Shown in pieces: positions 17,654-27,116 of a stretch of DNA of 64,000 bases (position 1 is its first letter; each line of letters begins with the position of its first letter). A program made the translations under genes and the position numbers. Origin of the DNA: Syntrophomonadaceae bacterium (GTDB lineage: Bacteria; Bacillota; Dethiobacteria; DTU022); contig SKOR01000039.1 in the NCBI GenBank assembly GCA_007119965.1, positions 3,157-67,156 of the forward strand, given 5' to 3'. Under the pieces are notes generated by a model, which had not been told where the DNA came from, searched no databases, and saw only the letters and a list, made by a program, of their open reading frames with translations.

Positions 17654-18770
17654 TGATGAAACCGGCGGCCACGGAGGCGACCTGGTCCGGGCTGCACAGC
17701 AGTGGAACATTGAAGACGGCACACTGGTTGATTTTAGCAGCAACATTAACCCGCTTGGCCCGCCCGCCGGCCTGCTCGATCATTTAAAGGAAGCGCTTCC
17801 CGGCATCGTGGCCTACCCGACACCCCAGGCCCGTGAATTGCGCGGCAGCCTGGCCTGTTTTCTGAATGTGCAGGTTGAGCGGCTTTTGGCCGGCAACGGG
17901 GCAAATGAACTAATCCATTATATTTTGCTGTGGCGCAGGCCGAAAAGGGTTTTTGTGCCTGCCCCTTCATTTTCCGAATATGAAAGAGCGGCGATTCTGG
18001 CCGGCGCTGCTTTGGAGCGCTACAGCCTTCTGCCCGGAGAAGAGGCCGATTTTGTCTCGCTGGGCAGCAGGCTTGAGCAGGGGGACCTGTTAATTTTCTG
18101 TAATCCCAATAACCCCACGGGGGTGCTTTATCCCCGCCGCAAGCTTCTGCCCCTGGTAGAAGCTGCTGCCGCACAGGGCGCCGAAGTGATGATCGATGAA
18201 AGTTTTATTCCCCTGACTGGCAGGCCCGCAGAAAGCCTGCGCGATTTAAAAAGCGACCATCTCTGGGTGGTAATCTCCCTGACCAAACTCTGGAGCTTGC
18301 CCGGCCTGCGTCTCGGCTGTGTTATCGGTCCGCAGGAGTGTATCGAACAGATAACCCGCTGGGGCGACCCCTGGCGGGTCAATTACCTGGCCCAGGAGGC
18401 GGGGATTTTTTGCCTTCGGTCTTCAGGTTACCTGGAAAAAAGCCTGGCCCTGGTTGAAAAAGAACGAAACTATCTGGTTGAAGGCTTTCGAAGGACAAAG
18501 GCTTTTCATGTCTATGATGGTTCGGCCAATTACCTGCTCCTGCGGGGGCTGGATCCTGTTTTTGATGTTGCCGCTTTCCAGGATTACCTGGCCAGGCGGA
18601 GATTACTGGTCAGGCGGGCTGATAACTTTTACAACCTGGACCGGCGTTACTTCAGGGTTGCTGTACGCCGGCGTCCCGAAAACCGGCTTCTGCTTCAGGA
18701 GACAGGAGCCTATTTAAAAAACTGCCGACCGCCTGGTGATGCTGCCTGCATTGGAGGTGAAGAGGAGTGA
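17637..18770 (+). CDS. cobD: L-threonine-O-3-phosphate decarboxylase (class I/II aminotransferase fold)
   Basis: NPNNPTG and the SLTKLWSLPGLRLG PLP-lysine motif. Its position within the cob operon supports the call. Confidence 0.85.
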   Translation: MSRVFDDETGGHGGDLVRAAQQWNIEDGTLVDFSSNINPLGPPAGLLDHLKEALPGIVAYPTPQARELRGSLACFLNVQVERLLAGNGANELIHYILLWRRPKRVFVPAPSFSEYERAAILAGAALERYSLLPGEEADFVSLGSRLEQGDLLIFCNPNNPTGVLYPRRKLLPLVEAAAAQGAEVMIDESFIPLTGRPAESLRDLKSDHLWVVISLTKLWSLPGLRLGCVIGPQECIEQITRWGDPWRVNYLAQEAGIFCLRSSGYLEKSLALVEKERNYLVEGFRRTKAFHVYDGSANYLLLRGLDPVFDVAAFQDYLARRRLLVRRADNFYNLDRRYFRVAVRRRPENRLLLQETGAYLKNCRPPGDAACIGGEEE

Positions 18771-20278
18771 AAGGGACACTGATGATCCAGGGGACTGCTT
18801 CTTCGGTTGGGAAAAGCATCCTCTGTGCAGCTTTCTGCCGTATCCTAAAGCAGGACGGCTTCAATCCCGCCCCCTTTAAATCGCAAAACATGGCCCTGAA
18901 CTCATTTGTTACCGAAGACGGGTTTGAAATGGGCCGGGCCCAGGTTGCCCAGGCCGAGGCGGCGGGTATCGCACCGAGAGTTGAAATGAACCCGATCCTC
19001 TTAAAACCGACATCAGACCAGGGGTCGCAGGTCATAGTGATGGGCCGGCCCGTTGGAAACATGGCCGCTATGGAGTACCTGCAGTGGAAAGAAGAACTGC
19101 TTCCCGTGATTGATCAGGCTTTCCAGTCCCTGTCAGCCAAACATGATGTTGTGATCATTGAAGGGGCAGGCAGTCCTGCGGAGATTAACCTGCGGGAAAA
19201 AGACCTGGTTAATATGGGCCTGGCCTGCCGCCTGAATGCCCCGGTTTTACTGGCCGGCGACATTGATCGCGGAGGCGTATTTGCTTCACTTTACGGGACT
19301 GCCGCCCTGCTTCAGCCTGAAGAACGCAGCCTGCTCAAGGGCGTAATTATTAATAAATTCCGCGGTGACCGGAAGGTGTTGGAACCCGGGTTGCAGCAGC
19401 TCGAGGATTTACTAGGCAAGCCGGTCTTAGGGGTTGTCCCCTATATACGCCTCAACCTTGACGACGAAGACAGTGTAACCGATCGGTTTAACAACCGGGC
19501 TGATGACCGGGCCCTTAAAGTGCAGGTTGTCCTGCTTCCGCGTATTTCCAACTTTACAGATTTCAATCCCCTGGAGCTGCATGATGATGTCAACCTGACC
19601 TATATTCGCGAACCACGCGAATTAAACTCGCCGGACCTGCTGATTCTGCCCGGTTCGAAAAACACCATTGAAGATTTACTGCACCTGCGCGGCAGCGGCT
19701 GGGAAGAGCCTCTCAAAAACTATGTGGGCGGGGGCGGACTGCTGATTGGAATCTGCGGCGGATTCCAGATGTTGGGGCGGAGAATCCTTGACCCGCTGGG
19801 GGTGGAAAGCAAGTCTCCCGAAGTGGCCGGGTTTAATTTGCTGCCCCTGGAAACAGTGATGGCCGCAGAAAAGTCGACCAGGCAGGTTGAGGCTGTCTGG
19901 CGCTACAGCGATAACGGCTATTTTTCTCAGATGGGCGGGGAGGAGAGCCTGGTCGGTTATGAAATCCACATGGGACAGACAGATTACCGTTCGGCAGACC
20001 ACCCTGTTTATGTCAGAACTACAGGGCAGTGGGAAGGGGCGGTAAGCGATGAGGGTAATGTTTTTGGCACTTACCTGCACGGTATTTTTGATAACTTTAC
20101 CTGGTCCAACAAACTGCTTAACAGCCTGCGCCGCCGGCGGGGGCTGCCCGAAAGAAGCAGCACCCTGCCGGGCACTTACCGGGAGTTTAAAGAAAAAGAA
20201 TACGATCGACTGGCCGATACGGTTCGTGAGAACCTTGACATGGATCATGTTTACCGGATTATCGGGCAGGGGGGATAA
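18767..20278 (+). CDS. cbiP: cobyric acid synthase
   Basis: The N-terminal DTBS-like loop is GTASSVGKS. The C-terminal GATase has ICGGFQMLG and GTYLHGIFDN. Confidence 0.92.
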   Translation: MKGTLMIQGTASSVGKSILCAAFCRILKQDGFNPAPFKSQNMALNSFVTEDGFEMGRAQVAQAEAAGIAPRVEMNPILLKPTSDQGSQVIVMGRPVGNMAAMEYLQWKEELLPVIDQAFQSLSAKHDVVIIEGAGSPAEINLREKDLVNMGLACRLNAPVLLAGDIDRGGVFASLYGTAALLQPEERSLLKGVIINKFRGDRKVLEPGLQQLEDLLGKPVLGVVPYIRLNLDDEDSVTDRFNNRADDRALKVQVVLLPRISNFTDFNPLELHDDVNLTYIREPRELNSPDLLILPGSKNTIEDLLHLRGSGWEEPLKNYVGGGGLLIGICGGFQMLGRRILDPLGVESKSPEVAGFNLLPLETVMAAEKSTRQVEAVWRYSDNGYFSQMGGEESLVGYEIHMGQTDYRSADHPVYVRTTGQWEGAVSDEGNVFGTYLHGIFDNFTWSNKLLNSLRRRRGLPERSSTLPGTYREFKEKEYDRLADTVRENLDMDHVYRIIGQGG

Positions 20279-20394
20279 GAAACCGGGAGCCGGCGGGAAG
20301 CAACCTGCCAATCCCATATCCGGGGTTCCGGATGGCAGCAGGAGCCGGCCCCGGGTCCAACTTGAGATACGGATACGAAAGGAGACTGATTCAA

Positions 20395-21504
20395 ATGAGC
20401 GACGAAAAGAAGCTGGAACAGGAATTGCATTCAGTAATCGGGGCAGTTAAACCTCTGGACCGGGAGGCAATGGATAAGGCCCGCGGGCGGATGGATATTC
20501 TGACCAAACCCCAGGGCAGCCTGGGCAGGATGGAAGATCTTGCTGTTCAACTGGCAGGGATTAACGGTGATTTTTTTCCCTGCGGCACAAAAAAAAGAGT
20601 TGTTGTCATGGCCGCCGATCACGGTGTGACCGGGGAAGGAATCAGCGCATACCCTTCTGAAGTAACGGCCCAGATGGTAGCGAATTTTACAGGCGGCGGA
20701 GCCGCTATCAATGTATTTGGCCGGCAGAATGATGTGGAAGTTGTCGTGATCGATATCGGAGTCAAGGTTGACACGAAGTTACCCGGGGTCAAGAGCGTCA
20801 GAGTTAAAGCAGGGACCGATAATTTCCGCCGCAGGGCGGCCATGAGCCGCACAGAAGCGCTGCAGGCTGTTGCTGCGGGAATCGAATGTGCCGAAGAAGC
20901 AGCTAAAGACGGTGTTAAAGTGCTGGCTACAGGTGAAATGGGTATTGGCAATACAACATCCAGCAGCGCAGTAATGGCCGCTTTAAGCGGTTATGAAGCC
21001 TCCCTGGTTGTCGGGCGGGGCACCGGCCTGGATGATGAAAGATTGCTTCACAAGCAGGAAATTGTTTCCGAATCGCTGGAATTGCACAAACCCGATCCTT
21101 CCGATCCGCTGGGAGTGCTCAGCCTGGTTGGCGGACTGGAGATTGCCGCCCTGGCCGGCTTAATTCTCGGCGCTGCCCGGCTTGGCATCCCGGTTGTCAT
21201 CGACGGTTTCATTTCCAGCACAGCAGCCCTGGCAGCGGTTAAACTCTGCCCCAATGCCTGGTATTACCTTGTGCCTTCGCATCTTTCAGCCGAGTCGGGC
21301 CACGCCCTGCTGATGGATTACCTTGATTTAAAACCCTACCTGAACATGGGCATGAGGCTTGGTGAAGGCACCGGGGCAGTCCTTGGGATGAACCTGCTTG
21401 AAGCTGCTGCAAGGGTCACCCTGGAAATGGCTACCTTTGAAGATGCCAGTGTCAGTAACAAGGAAGAAGACAGTGTCGGTTCTGATGTGAAGGGAGCACA
21501 ATAA
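20395..21504 (+). CDS. cobT: nicotinate-nucleotide--dimethylbenzimidazole phosphoribosyltransferase
   Basis: GEMGIGNTT motif and the LD..AMDKARGRMDILTKPQGSLGRMEDLA N-terminus. ATG 20395 follows AAAGGAG 20378-20384. Confidence 0.9.
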   Translation: MSDEKKLEQELHSVIGAVKPLDREAMDKARGRMDILTKPQGSLGRMEDLAVQLAGINGDFFPCGTKKRVVVMAADHGVTGEGISAYPSEVTAQMVANFTGGGAAINVFGRQNDVEVVVIDIGVKVDTKLPGVKSVRVKAGTDNFRRRAAMSRTEALQAVAAGIECAEEAAKDGVKVLATGEMGIGNTTSSSAVMAALSGYEASLVVGRGTGLDDERLLHKQEIVSESLELHKPDPSDPLGVLSLVGGLEIAALAGLILGAARLGIPVVIDGFISSTAALAAVKLCPNAWYYLVPSHLSAESGHALLMDYLDLKPYLNMGMRLGEGTGAVLGMNLLEAAARVTLEMATFEDASVSNKEEDSVGSDVKGAQ

Positions 21505-21507
21505 CAG

Positions 21508-22149
21508 ATGGATTTATACCTGGTCCGTCATGGCGAGACTGAATCAAACAAAGAAAGGCGTTACCAGGGTTGGACAGAATCACCGCTTTCAGAAAGTGGC
21601 GTCAGGCAGGCTGAAAAAGTGGGTTTATACCTGGGCAGTCAACGCATCGAAGGCCTGTACTGCAGCGATCTGCAGCGGGCGGTGAACACCGCCCGCATTA
21701 TTGGCGCCTCGAGCGGTTTGAAGCCTGTAGTTACAGGGCTGCTGCGGGAAATAAATTTCGGGCAGTGGGAAGGGCACACTTACGATGAAATCGAAGCGGG
21801 ATGGGGCAATGCAATCAGGCTCTGGCTGGACGATCCTTTCACCAAAGCTGCTCCCGGCGGTGAGACGCTTGGCGAAGTCTGCAGCAGGATGAAAAATTTC
21901 CTCGATCACCTTACTGAACAGGCTTCGGACGGGCAGCGCATAGCTGCCGTCAGCCACGGTGGTTCGATTCGCGCCCTGCTTTATCATGTCCTTAATCTCG
22001 ATACGGCCAGCTTTTGGGATATAAAGATTGGCAACGCCTCAGTTAGCCTGATTCGTAAAGAAGGAAACCGTTTTAAAGTTGTTTACTACAACCGCACTGA
22101 CCATCTCAGTGCCGGAAACGCTGCGGAGGATGCAAATGATGGAAATTAA
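21508..22149 (+). CDS. cobC: alpha-ribazole phosphatase (histidine phosphatase family)
   Basis: LVRHGETESN catalytic RHG motif and a later SHGG. It directly follows cobT. Confidence 0.85.
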   Translation: MDLYLVRHGETESNKERRYQGWTESPLSESGVRQAEKVGLYLGSQRIEGLYCSDLQRAVNTARIIGASSGLKPVVTGLLREINFGQWEGHTYDEIEAGWGNAIRLWLDDPFTKAAPGGETLGEVCSRMKNFLDHLTEQASDGQRIAAVSHGGSIRALLYHVLNLDTASFWDIKIGNASVSLIRKEGNRFKVVYYNRTDHLSAGNAAEDANDGN

Positions 22150-22822
22150 CAATGCCGCCGGCGATCAGGTTTTTGTTTCCTGGAGCGGAGGGAAAGACGC
22201 CTACCTTTCTCTCTTGCGGGCCAGGGATAAGGGTCTCAGGATTGCCTGTCTGCTTAGCTTTATCAGTTCTGAGGGCCGGAGCCGCTCGCATGGACTGAAG
22301 ACGGAAATCCTGGAGCAGCAGGCCGAATTTCTCGGTATCCCGCTGGTAACAGAAGAGGTTGCCTGGGAAACCTACGAAAACGGTTTCGAGCAGGCTGTAA
22401 AAAGAATTAAGAAGGAATACTGTATCAGCGGCGGTGTGTTTGGCGATATCAACCTGGCTGAACATCGTGATTGGATCAGAAAAATGTGCGGGCGCTGCGA
22501 CATTTCTTATAACCTGCCTCTCTGGCAGGAGGAAGAGCTGAAGGTTGCTGAAGAATTGCTTGCCAGGGGAGGCAGGGCTTTGATCGTGGCCATTCGCAGC
22601 GACCTGGTTGATCAAGGCTGGCTGGGTAAAGTGATCGATAAAGAGTACCTGGATTATTGTGTCACTACAGGTATTTCACCCTGCGGCGAAGGCGGGGAAG
22701 CCCACAGCCTGGTCGTTGACGGCCCACTGTTCAATAAACCGCTGCAGTACCGCCTGGGAAAAATACGTCAGAATGAGAACCGGGCCCTGCTGGAGGTTTT
22801 TCCCGAATCCTCAGGGGAGTAA
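22136..22822 (+). CDS. Dph6-related (MJ0570-like) PP-loop ATP pyrophosphatase
   Basis: PP-loop SWSGGKDA and the CGEGGEAHSLV motif, typical of the diphthine-ammonia ligase N-domain family. ATG 22136 lies 6 nt after GGAGG 22125-22129 and overlaps cobC by 14 nt. Confidence 0.75.
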   Translation: MMEINNAAGDQVFVSWSGGKDAYLSLLRARDKGLRIACLLSFISSEGRSRSHGLKTEILEQQAEFLGIPLVTEEVAWETYENGFEQAVKRIKKEYCISGGVFGDINLAEHRDWIRKMCGRCDISYNLPLWQEEELKVAEELLARGGRALIVAIRSDLVDQGWLGKVIDKEYLDYCVTTGISPCGEGGEAHSLVVDGPLFNKPLQYRLGKIRQNENRALLEVFPESSGE

Positions 22823-22999
22823 ATTATATATCCGGGGCAGGAGATTATTTGCTTTTCGGCGAAAAAAGTTAATTGGCCGGGGGAACTGCCCGGATCATGA
22901 TAAGACTGCGCCAGTATAACCTGCAGGTTACTTTTAACCCGGGCAGGTATCAGCGGCACAGTTTATAAGGGTTGTTGATAAAGGATTGGAGGCATTGAT

Positions 23000-23833
23000 A
23001 TGTCGGATAAAAAAAGAGAAGTAAAAAATTGTCCATATTGCGCTGAAGAAATCCTGGTCGGTGCGATCAAGTGCAAACATTGCAAATCAGATCTGCTGGA
23101 TGCCCCGCCACCGGAGCCTACATCACCGCTGCCGCCGATTGGCGCTGAAGAGGAGCAATCTCCAGAGGTGCCTTCTGGTAAAGCACCCGGGGACCCTGCT
23201 CCGCCTACACCTGTCAGCATCGGGCAGGGGCCGCCGGAACCGCCGCCCGTACCGCCCATGCCCAGTGAAGATGGGCCCTCTAAAAGCGGCCAGGCAGCAT
23301 CGCCGCCCCCGCCCGGTTCAGACCGGGTTGTGAAAGGCAGCTATGAGTACCCCAGGGCGGGGATTGGAAAACGAATTTTAGCTTACATAATTGACGGGCT
23401 GATCAGCGGGCTGCCCTTGATGATCCTTATTCCGGCAGTTGTTATTCCCTTCTTAACTTACACGCAGGTCCAGGGGCAGGCCGGTGGACCTGTTGCAGCC
23501 GGTCCCGCTGTCGGGATGATCGTGTTTATGGTTATAGCGGGCTTACTGGGTTTCGGATGGAGCTTATTCTATTACCTGCTGCGCGACGGTTTCGGCAGGG
23601 GGCAGAGTTGGGGCAAAAAAATCTGCGGTCTGATGGTGGTTAACCTTGATGACAACCGTCCCTGTGACAAGGGCAAGTCTTTTGTGCGCAATATTGTCCT
23701 CTGGTTGCTTAATGCGCTGGCCGGCCTTAGTATTGTTGAGTTCATTCTGATTCTGGTTCACGATAAAGGCTACCGCCTGGGCGACATGCTGGCCAGGACC
23801 CAGGTGATTGATGTGGAGTTGTACAGAGGTTAA
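23000..23833 (+). CDS. RDD-family membrane protein with an N-terminal zinc ribbon and a Pro-rich linker
   Basis: CPYC...CKHC zinc ribbon, a ~70-aa P/E/S-rich low-complexity linker, and a C-terminal RDD-domain pattern (LLRDGFGRGQSWGKK, TM segments). Confidence 0.75.
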   Translation: MSDKKREVKNCPYCAEEILVGAIKCKHCKSDLLDAPPPEPTSPLPPIGAEEEQSPEVPSGKAPGDPAPPTPVSIGQGPPEPPPVPPMPSEDGPSKSGQAASPPPPGSDRVVKGSYEYPRAGIGKRILAYIIDGLISGLPLMILIPAVVIPFLTYTQVQGQAGGPVAAGPAVGMIVFMVIAGLLGFGWSLFYYLLRDGFGRGQSWGKKICGLMVVNLDDNRPCDKGKSFVRNIVLWLLNALAGLSIVEFILILVHDKGYRLGDMLARTQVIDVELYRG

Positions 23834-23866
23834 GTCAAAGAAGAAAGGCCGGGTTTCGGTTATAAA

Positions 23867-25537
23867 ATGCAGGCCTTTATTGCTTTAACCCCGATTGCTG
23901 CCGTTTTTTTGCTGCTGGTGGTGTTTCGCCTGCCGGCCAGGCTGGCCATGCCCCTCTCCTGGGCCTATACTGTTTTACTGGCCCTGTTTTTCTGGAGGGT
24001 TCCGCCGGTTGTAACCGTCGCATCAAGCGTCCAGGGTTTGATTATTGCGGCGACCCTGCTCTACATTGTTTTCGGTGCGATCCTGATGCTCAATACACTG
24101 ACTGAAAGCGGTGCGGTCGGGGTAATGCGCAGCGCATTTTCCACGATTACTGCTGATCGGCGCATCCAGGCCATTATTGTGGCCTGGATGTTTGGCGCTT
24201 TTATAGAAGGGGCCTCCGGTTTTGGCACCCCCGCGGCAGTTGCCGCGCCGCTTTTGGTTGTCCTCGGTTTTCCCGCCGCTGCGGCGGTGCTATGCGCCCT
24301 TATTATTCAGAGTACGCCTGTATCTTTCGGGGTTGTCGGGACGCCTGTTTTGCTGGGGGTCGGTTCAGGGCTTGACCACCCCGTGATTCACAGCATGCTC
24401 GGCTCTGCAGACATGCACTCCCCGGAGTTTGCCGCTTATCTCGGCCAGATTACCGGTTATATCGGCATCCTTCACGCGATTATCGGCACCTTTATTCCCC
24501 TGGTGATGATCCTGATGCTCACCCGCTATTTTGGGCAGGAGCGAACATTTAAAAACGGCCTTGCAGCGGCGCCTTTTGCCCTTTTTGCCGGCCTTGTTTT
24601 TACGGTCCCTTATGCCTTTATCGCCAACTATATCGGCCCCGAATTCCCCTCGCTGATCAGCGCCCTGATCGGCCTGCCCATAGTTGTCCTGGCGGCTAAA
24701 AAGAATTTCCTGACCCCGGAGGATACATGGGATTTCCCGCCCAGGCGCGATTGGGAACCTTCCTGGATTGGGACGGCCAATACAGGCGGACAGAAAAAAA
24801 GCAGCTCGATGAGCCTGCTCGCTGCCTGGTCGCCATACCTGATTGTCGCTTTCCTGCTCCTTTTAACCAGGATTTGGACATGGTTGAAGGAGTTTTTGTC
24901 CGGACCGGCGCTGACCATAACTTATGAAGGTATTCTGGGGACAGAGATCTCTGCATCAGTCCAACCGCTTTACCTGCCCGGGACGATGTTTTTAGCGGCC
25001 GTCTGCTGTACCCTTTTTATCCAAAAAATAGATCCGGCTTCATTCCGGGCGGCAGTTAAAAAATCAGCTGAAACCCTGGCAGGCGCCGCTTTTGCCCTCG
25101 GGTTTGCCGTGCCGATGGTCCGCATATTCATTAATTCAGGTTTTAATTATTCAGGCCTTGATAGTATGCCCATGGTTTTGGCCCGGGGAACCGCTGATCT
25201 GGCCCGGGGAGCCTGGCCTCTTTTTTCGCCCCTGATTGGAGCGCTCGGTGCTTTTATTGCCGGCAGTAACACGATTAGCAATATGATGTTTTCATTTTTC
25301 CAGCACCAGGTAGCGACAGAAACGGGTATGCCAGCCGCTTTTACGGTAGCCCTTCAGGCGGTCGGCGGTGCGGCCGGCAATATGATCTGTGTCCACAATG
25401 TGGTTGCCGCCTGTGCAACAGTCGGTCTGCTCGGCGTGGAGGGCCTGCTGATCCGGCGGGCATTGATCCCCCTGGCCTATTACATCTTAGCCGCGGGCCT
25501 CCTCGGTCTCGGCGCAGTTTACCTGCTATTTCAATAA
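23867..25537 (+). CDS. lctP: L-lactate permease (LctP family)
   Basis: A 556-aa polytopic protein with the family motif [20 protein letters not shown]. Confidence 0.82.
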   Translation: MQAFIALTPIAAVFLLLVVFRLPARLAMPLSWAYTVLLALFFWRVPPVVTVASSVQGLIIAATLLYIVFGAILMLNTLTESGAVGVMRSAFSTITADRRIQAIIVAWMFGAFIEGASGFGTPAAVAAPLLVVLGFPAAAAVLCALIIQSTPVSFGVVGTPVLLGVGSGLDHPVIHSMLGSADMHSPEFAAYLGQITGYIGILHAIIGTFIPLVMILMLTRYFGQERTFKNGLAAAPFALFAGLVFTVPYAFIANYIGPEFPSLISALIGLPIVVLAAKKNFLTPEDTWDFPPRRDWEPSWIGTANTGGQKKSSSMSLLAAWSPYLIVAFLLLLTRIWTWLKEFLSGPALTITYEGILGTEISASVQPLYLPGTMFLAAVCCTLFIQKIDPASFRAAVKKSAETLAGAAFALGFAVPMVRIFINSGFNYSGLDSMPMVLARGTADLARGAWPLFSPLIGALGAFIAGSNTISNMMFSFFQHQVATETGMPAAFTVALQAVGGAAGNMICVHNVVAACATVGLLGVEGLLIRRALIPLAYYILAAGLLGLGAVYLLFQ

Positions 25538-25542
25538 ACCGG

Positions 25543-26817
25543 TTAAGTCAGCAGGCCTAAGGCTTTCAGGTAGTAGTAAATATGCAGCCCGATATTCAGC
25601 TGCAGCGCATCATTGGGCACCAGCGGGTTAAAGCCGGTCAGTTCCTCAATCTGCCTCAGCCTGTATTTCATTGTATGGCGGTGTACATACAGGTCTTCTG
25701 ATGCTTTCTTAATACTGCAGACCTGCAGATAAGCTCTCAGGGTCTTTAACAGCGCGCCCGCAGACCGCTCGTCATATTCAACAAGGGGGGCGGCTGTTTT
25801 ATTATAGATACTTTTCAGCATTTCCATATTCTCCGTGTCCATAATCAGGCGGTAGAGGTTCATCGTCCGCAGGGAGACAATATTCGTATAATCAAGCAGT
25901 TCCAGCTGGGCCGCCTGGCGGGCTTTTTTAGCTTCGTCAAGGGCCTGTTTGATGCGGCCTATATTGCTGTGAATATCGCTCAGGCCGATGCGGATAGAGG
26001 AGCCGGGCAAGAGCCTTTTTAGCTGATCAAGCAGCTGTTCGGCAATTATTGAATCAGTTGTAGTGTTTTGCTCTCTTAACTGCTCAGATTGGATCAGCAG
26101 GGTTAAAAAGTGTTCGGACGGGCCGATTAAGAAAGGGATGTTAAGCTGCCTGAGGGTTTGCGCCGCTGCTTTTTCTGAGAGCCTGAGCATTTCCTGGATA
26201 GCTTCCCCGCCCATATCCAGGCTCCCGCCATCATGTTCGCAGATATAAAAAGCCATCACAGAAACAGGTTCTTTGGGTTTCAGATTATGCCTGCCCATCT
26301 GGAGAGTAAGGCCTTCGTGATTTCCATCAGTAACCAGCTTTTGCCACAGGTTTTTCTTATCAATAATCTGGCTGTCCAGCTTGCTGCCCGCTGCAAGCAG
26401 GTCAGTCGGGCTGGCCTCCTGAAGATCATCGCGCATTAACTCGCTCAACAGGGCCCTGGTCAGGTTTTTAAAGCTGACTTCGGGTGGAATCTCCAGTAAA
26501 GCAATATTGTAGTTTTCTGAGAATCTGATAAACGAGGATGGTATTTCCTGCAGGTAGTGTCCGGTTTGTATGGCCATGGCGGCAAGTTTTCTGGAAGCGA
26601 AAAGTTCAACCATGTCGCGTTGTTTGACCCTGCTTTCCGTATTAAAGCCGTGAGCGGTCGTAATTAAAAACTCGCCCGGTTCGATATGGCTGAGGTCGTC
26701 TAATATTTCAAGGATGTTAACCCACTGAATTTCATTTTGCAGGCCGGCCTGGTCGGTCAGCAGCCGGCATTTGCTGATAATATCTATTTTCAAAGCCTCG
26801 GCTACAGTAAAAGCCAT
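25543..26817 (-). CDS. PucR/CdaR-family transcriptional regulator
   Basis: C-terminal PucR-type HTH (SIKKASEDLYVHRHTMKYRLRQIEELTG) and an N-terminal PucR-like sensor region. It is divergent from the kam operon. Confidence 0.8.
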   Translation of the reverse strand: MAFTVAEALKIDIISKCRLLTDQAGLQNEIQWVNILEILDDLSHIEPGEFLITTAHGFNTESRVKQRDMVELFASRKLAAMAIQTGHYLQEIPSSFIRFSENYNIALLEIPPEVSFKNLTRALLSELMRDDLQEASPTDLLAAGSKLDSQIIDKKNLWQKLVTDGNHEGLTLQMGRHNLKPKEPVSVMAFYICEHDGGSLDMGGEAIQEMLRLSEKAAAQTLRQLNIPFLIGPSEHFLTLLIQSEQLREQNTTTDSIIAEQLLDQLKRLLPGSSIRIGLSDIHSNIGRIKQALDEAKKARQAAQLELLDYTNIVSLRTMNLYRLIMDTENMEMLKSIYNKTAAPLVEYDERSAGALLKTLRAYLQVCSIKKASEDLYVHRHTMKYRLRQIEELTGFNPLVPNDALQLNIGLHIYYYLKALGLLT

Positions 26818-26881
26818 GATTTGTCACCATCCTGTCTTTGATCACTGGTTCTTTCTTCGCCCTGTAAGGCACGACTTCCTG

Positions 26882-26906
26882 CATCTTATACATGATGTAT
26901 AAGATG
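26882..26906. promoter_or_regulatory. 25-bp perfect palindrome, candidate operator
   Basis: The sequence is CATCTTATACAT-G-ATGTATAAGATG, with perfect 12-bp arms. It lies in the 300-bp divergent region between pucR and the kam operon. Confidence 0.45.
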
Positions 26907-27116
26907 TCTTGGAAATTTTTAGCCCTCAAAGCGGATGTTCTTTACAGCAATATTTAGTACACTTGTTATGATTCTACTGCTGAATGAGTAACCGTGGCCC
27001 CTGCCGCTTAACTGTAGAGAAAAGATCTCCTGGCAGCAAAGGCCGCACCCGGAATGATTGCAACGTTTAAGGCGCAGTAGAATCTTTTTTATCATAACGC
27101 CGATGGAGTGGTATTA

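Noticed and set aside
27031-27048. Sigma-54-like element TGGCAG-N5-GCCGCA upstream of the kam operon
   Set aside because: The GG/GC spacing does not match the -24/-12 consensus (TGGCAC-N5-TTGC), and no enhancer-binding protein is nearby.
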